A DNA stretch of 46,094 bases from an uncultured Myxococcales bacterium (GTDB taxonomy: Bacteria > Myxococcota_A > SURF-8), in NCBI GenBank assembly GCA_964437525.1, contig CAYTHG010000002.1, forward strand, positions 1 to 46,094, read 5' to 3'. Shown in pieces: positions 41,985-46,094 of this stretch. Every line of letters starts with the position of its first letter. The first letter of the stretch is position 1. The translations under genes and the position numbers were made by a program. The notes beneath the pieces are model-generated. The model was not told the DNA's origin, did no database searches, and saw only the letters and a list, made by a program, of their open reading frames with translations.

Positions 41985-44219
41985 ATGACTCGAAAAACCG
42001 TCTTAAAAATTGCGATTCCTTCTTCCGCTTTGCTTTTTGCTGTGCTGTTGTGGATATTTGCGGCCACGCCCTGGGGATTGCCATGGGAGACAGGCGATCA
42101 AGCCTGCGACGGATGGCAGGTCAGCCAGATAAACGAACACGCCGAATTCATCAGGTTCAAGCTTGTCAAAGAAAACGAAGAAACATCGCTGGAATTGACC
42201 GCCAACCGCAGCGGAAATCCGGGAGTATGGTCCACACCTTGGCACCGTCTGCAACCGGGGCCGCAAAGTTCGCCACCTGAAAAGCTCCTTCTGGAAATGA
42301 TGGATCAGTTACGAGGATGGGAAGACAGCTTTGGCGGTGGCAGTTTGTTCCCCGATAGTCGCAAAGACGATTCAAGAAAATTGCCCTACGAGATCTGGCT
42401 GGCAATGGCGGTCTGGCTGCTTATGGCCCCCTTGCTGATTGTGTATGGGCGACGCTACAGGAATTTCTCAATAGATACATTTGTCGTCTCACTGCTTGCG
42501 CTTTTGGCATCCGTCGTCTTTTTCAATCTGCTGTCGCCTGCGGATATCCCAGCCCGCTTCATAACCATTCTGCAACAGGGCAAAACATTGGGAGCCGTCA
42601 ATCATCTTTATGGACTGTGGACGCATGAGAGCGGCGGTTTCTACAGGATAGTCTCGCATTTGGCAGGCTTTGAAGGCAACTGGCAGTTAAGAGGAATAGT
42701 GCGGGCCAATTTATTTTTCGGGTTTATGGACTGCTGTCTGTTTTTCCTGCTGGCTCTGCGCATACTCAAAATTCGCTGGCAGGCGTTGCTTTTGACAGCC
42801 TGGTTCGGCCTGAATTTCATTTCCTTCAATGCCTGGTTCTCCGAGACGCCCGGACCGCTTTTGACTTTGCTTCTGCTGCTCAATCTTTTAAGCGCGGATC
42901 TAGCGCTTTCAAAAGAAAAACAATCTTTGAAAACAACTGCCTTGGCCGTGCTATGCATCATGCTGCAAATGGTGCTGGCGGCCAGTATTCGCCCTGAGAT
43001 GGCGCTTTTGGGCTTGGCGGCTCTGGTGCATATCGGATTGAACTTCCTGCTGCAACACAGGCTTTCAAAAGCGAGCATAAAGCACAAAGGGCTTGGCGAT
43101 TTTATTTTTGGTGAGAATATCCCGGTCAAATTTGTGCTGATGCTGGGCGGTCTACTGTTTGTGGCAGGCTTTCTCATCGACAAGAACATTTTGTATGTCT
43201 GGAGATCGGCATTTTTCGGACCTGCTCTGGATTTTTTAAAGTCCAGCGATGCTTTTCTGGCGTTTTCTGCTCTGCCGCAGTTCGCTTCCATGAATGCTTT
43301 TATCAATCTGATCTTGTTCGGTCTGGATCTGCTGGTCAAAGCTTCCGGCATAGGTATCTTAGGAAATATCGCCAGCGACTTCCATCCCCTCAGCCCGAGT
43401 TTTCTGATGTTCATCAGAATGCAGGCGGGCTATCTGCCGCTCGGCATGGTCTTTCTCGCAAGCTGCGGTTTGTGCCTGTCTTTTGGGAATAGCCGCCGCC
43501 CCTGGTATCTGCTGTTGTTTATGTTTGCGATATTCAAGATGTACCTTTTTGCCTGCGGTACGCACTGGCCTTACATGGTGCGCTATGGAGCCTTCTTTAT
43601 GGCGCTGGCTTTTGTCTTTGCCGCTTATGGTCTGCGCTGGATATCCTTGCAGGTGGAGACGATAAAACAGGACGCAAAAAGGCGTATGCTGTCCGGGTTG
43701 CTGATATTGGCTGTCTTTGTGCCTCTACCCTGGGGGGCTGTTTATATTGCGGACTGGAGCGACAGCCTGAATTATTACGCCGTGGACGAGATGCCCATGC
43801 AGCGTAACATGCAGCGCGAAGCCCGCTACCTTATGGAATTGACGGAAGCCCACCCGGACTGCGTTTTTGTGACGCACATGATGCCCAACAAACTTTTCCA
43901 GAACGATCCGCAAGCCGCGCGATTAATGCTGTTCGGCCTGAGCCTGCCCAAGCCGATAATTATGAAAAAAAGCGATACCGACCTGAAAGCTTTCATAAAA
44001 AGCAAAGTGCCGCTGGCCCGCTGTGCGTATTTTTACGAAAGCCTAGATTGCAACATGAATTATGCCGACGATTGCCGCAAAGAGACCACAAATCTCAAGA
44101 AGATAGATTCCCGCCGTTTCGCCTCCCGCCAGTACGTGGATGAATTGGAATGGGGCAAAGCCCTACCCGAGATCAGGCTGGGCTTGTATGAGGTGGATTT
44201 GAAGGGTGTAAAACAGTAA
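41985..44219 (+). CDS. Large polytopic membrane protein, paralog of 5775..8228
   Basis: About 744 aa from the ATG at 41985. Same layout as the 817-aa protein: anchor, a conserved ~110-aa periplasmic domain (DGWQVSQINEHAEFIRFKLV...LELTANRSGNPGVW....HRLQPGP...PPEKLLLEMM), multiple TM helices and a C-terminal soluble domain. Confidence 0.8.
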   Translation: MTRKTVLKIAIPSSALLFAVLLWIFAATPWGLPWETGDQACDGWQVSQINEHAEFIRFKLVKENEETSLELTANRSGNPGVWSTPWHRLQPGPQSSPPEKLLLEMMDQLRGWEDSFGGGSLFPDSRKDDSRKLPYEIWLAMAVWLLMAPLLIVYGRRYRNFSIDTFVVSLLALLASVVFFNLLSPADIPARFITILQQGKTLGAVNHLYGLWTHESGGFYRIVSHLAGFEGNWQLRGIVRANLFFGFMDCCLFFLLALRILKIRWQALLLTAWFGLNFISFNAWFSETPGPLLTLLLLLNLLSADLALSKEKQSLKTTALAVLCIMLQMVLAASIRPEMALLGLAALVHIGLNFLLQHRLSKASIKHKGLGDFIFGENIPVKFVLMLGGLLFVAGFLIDKNILYVWRSAFFGPALDFLKSSDAFLAFSALPQFASMNAFINLILFGLDLLVKASGIGILGNIASDFHPLSPSFLMFIRMQAGYLPLGMVFLASCGLCLSFGNSRRPWYLLLFMFAIFKMYLFACGTHWPYMVRYGAFFMALAFVFAAYGLRWISLQVETIKQDAKRRMLSGLLILAVFVPLPWGAVYIADWSDSLNYYAVDEMPMQRNMQREARYLMELTEAHPDCVFVTHMMPNKLFQNDPQAARLMLFGLSLPKPIIMKKSDTDLKAFIKSKVPLARCAYFYESLDCNMNYADDCRKETTNLKKIDSRRFASRQYVDELEWGKALPEIRLGLYEVDLKGVKQ

Positions 44220-44619
44220 ACTCGCTCAAGAATCCAAGCCCAAATTCATAATCTTATTGATTTCTTAACACATCTAGTATATTATATCCAGTGTATTCAG
44301 GCTATTGGAAGTTATTGCCTATAATCTGCTTGAAGATCTTCAGAAGTAAGGCTTTTCGTAGAAAGCTTTCAGGGCATTCCCGATTACATTTGTTGGACGA
44401 TTTTGTAGATTGTTCAGTGTGGAGATTTGTTTATCTCTTTGGCAATGGTTTCAGTTTATTGGGATTAAGCATTTTTTAAAGTATGTCGGTTTTAGTGGAA
44501 GAGGCTGGCCCGACATAGGGCGCGGCTTTTTTTTCTGCAATGATATTGGGTAGATCAGTGTTTTAGAGCAGTTTGCATTATGGAATGATGTTTGTCGTCT
44601 AATTTAAGGAGTAGAAAAA

Positions 44620-46094
44620 ATGAGAGAGAAGTTGAAGCAAGCCAGCTTGTATTTGTGTCTGTTGTTTGTTTTTATGCTGCAAGGGGCTTTTGCATCTGAT
44701 GCAGACGCAGAAGCAGTGCTGTTCGTCACTTTTATGGAAGGGACCAACGCCGGCATAGCCACGGCGCTGGAGGCCGACGGCTGGGGAGTCGAAACCGTGG
44801 TCAGCAGCGATTTCTCTGTGCTGCTTGGCGACCTTTCTTCGTATACTTCGGTCTTTATTTCAGGAATATACAACCATATTCTCGATGAAAGCATGGCCAC
44901 CAACCTTGAAAGCTATGTAGCCTCGGGCGGATACGTGCTCTACACCGGATATGATGCGGTTTTTGATCCGCAAATGCAGTCGTTCTTGGGTGGAACAAAC
45001 GGTTGGGATTCAATGGGTGAGATGATGTATCCCATAAGTACAGCGGAAAACTTTCTTACAACGGGCGTAGTCGATATACGCGGTGTACAACCTATTGTAA
45101 ACGGCATGTACGATCTCGACGAGTTGATGGACCTTACTGCGGAAACCGAAGCCGTTTTGGAAGGAGATCACGGTGCATACTGGAGCGTCCGCACTTTGGG
45201 GTCAGGCAAAATCGCCTGGGTCAGCAGTACTTATGCAGAGGGAAATTCTCTTCTCGAATGGGAAGTCACCGCTACGGATGGAAGTGGCGTCTGGAACGCC
45301 GCCATACGTAACTTTGCTTACAACGCCTGTCCCATCGAAACACCCGACACTGACGGCGACGGTTACAGGGATTGCATAGACTGCCAGCCTCTTGATCCTA
45401 CCATCAATCCCGGTGTAACGGAAATATGCGACGGTATCGACAACAACTGCCGTGAAGGTATAGACGAAGACTTCAACGTCGGTGACGCCTGTTCCGCCGG
45501 TGTCGGCGAATGTGTCGCCGATGGCGTTATGGTCTGTGCAGCCGACGCTTCTGCTACGGAATGCGGAGCCGTTACAGGCGATCCGTCAGATGAGTTCTGC
45601 GATGACCTTGACAACGACTGCGACGGCGAGACCGACGAAGACTTCGATTTGGGTGAAGCTTGCACCAACGGCGTAGGCGAGTGTGTCACCAGCGGCACCA
45701 AAATCTGCGCGGCAGACGGCTCTACTACTGAATGCGATGCAGTCGCCGGTATACCCGATCTTGAATTTTGCGATGGCCTCGATAACGACTGCGACGGCGA
45801 AACCGATGAGGACTTCACCGATCTTGGCAGCGCCTGCACTAACGGCACAGGCGAATGTTTTGCCAGCGGTATCAGAGTTTGTGCAGATGACGGCTTTGGC
45901 ACCACCTGCAACGCTGTTGAAGGAACGCCGGTTGCAGAACTATGCGATGGCCTCGACAACGACTGCGACGGTCACTACGATGAGGACTTCACCGATCTTT
46001 ACGACACCTGTACTGTCGGCATAGGCGAATGTAGCGCCAGCGGTATCAAATTATGCGCGGCTGACGGATCTACTACCACCTGTAACGCTGCTGA
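44620..46094 (+). CDS. Secreted protein (5' partial in window; runs off the right edge): N-terminal alpha/beta domain plus MopE-type Cys/Asp-rich repeats
   Basis: It is absent from the ORF track because no stop occurs before the window end. I translated 44620..46094 by hand and found no stop. AAGGAG RBS and signal peptide ..MLQGAFASD. From about nt 45350 there are at least 4 repeats of ~57 aa: E(I/F/L)CDG(I/L)DNDCDG..DEDF.....C..G.GEC...G...C..DG....C. Confidence 0.8.
   Translation, partial: MREKLKQASLYLCLLFVFMLQGAFASDADAEAVLFVTFMEGTNAGIATALEADGWGVETVVSSDFSVLLGDLSSYTSVFISGIYNHILDESMATNLESYVASGGYVLYTGYDAVFDPQMQSFLGGTNGWDSMGEMMYPISTAENFLTTGVVDIRGVQPIVNGMYDLDELMDLTAETEAVLEGDHGAYWSVRTLGSGKIAWVSSTYAEGNSLLEWEVTATDGSGVWNAAIRNFAYNACPIETPDTDGDGYRDCIDCQPLDPTINPGVTEICDGIDNNCREGIDEDFNVGDACSAGVGECVADGVMVCAADASATECGAVTGDPSDEFCDDLDNDCDGETDEDFDLGEACTNGVGECVTSGTKICAADGSTTECDAVAGIPDLEFCDGLDNDCDGETDEDFTDLGSACTNGTGECFASGIRVCADDGFGTTCNAVEGTPVAELCDGLDNDCDGHYDEDFTDLYDTCTVGIGECSASGIKLCAADGSTTTCNAA

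Noticed and set aside
44291-44479. 62-aa ORF in the AT-rich 400-bp gap before the MopE-repeat gene
   Set aside because: It has a non-ATG start, no RBS, and a hydrophobic low-complexity translation typical of AT-rich intergenic DNA. The gap more likely holds the promoter or 5' region. A 12-bp palindrome TGAAGATCTTCA at about 44331 was noted but not interpretable.

Overview
This is a 46.1-kb chromosomal window of roughly balanced G+C (by eye) with two sharply AT-rich single-gene insertions. The organism looks Myxococcota- or deltaproteobacteria-like. That is inference only, based on a MYXO-CTERM-like sorting tail, a TIGR02266-type PilZ protein and MopE-type Cys/Asp-rich repeats. Housekeeping backbone: tadA plus two tRNA-Ser, tRNA-Gln plus tRNA-Glu, trxB, thiC, rpsA, pdxJ, nnr, tsaE, glyQ-glyS and cobB. 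Accessory content: (i) Many secreted proteins and lipoproteins with acidic low-complexity linkers and Cys-rich domains. (ii) A six-gene same-strand envelope cluster: LPP20/FlgP-like, FlgT-like, FecR-domain, small ORF, 817-aa polytopic membrane protein, PHA_gran_rgn-like. The large membrane protein has a paralog 34 kb away. (iii) A UbiA-type decaprenyl-phosphate phosphoribosyltransferase translationally coupled to an SMR/ArnE-like 4-TM protein. (iv) A TonB-dependent receptor divergent from a radical SAM protein. (v) Dense intergenic repeats: GTAG-headed REP hairpins (about a dozen copies), three ~120-bp palindromic MITE-like elements, and a ~260-bp composite repeat in two copies. (vi) Two low-GC cargo genes inside REP clusters: a HAD hydrolase, and a 303-aa protein with a PD-(D/E)xK-like C-terminus that I flag as a candidate stand-alone defence nuclease. 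I saw no CRISPR array, rRNA, intact transposase or prophage. Family assignments come from motif reading by eye, not from searches.
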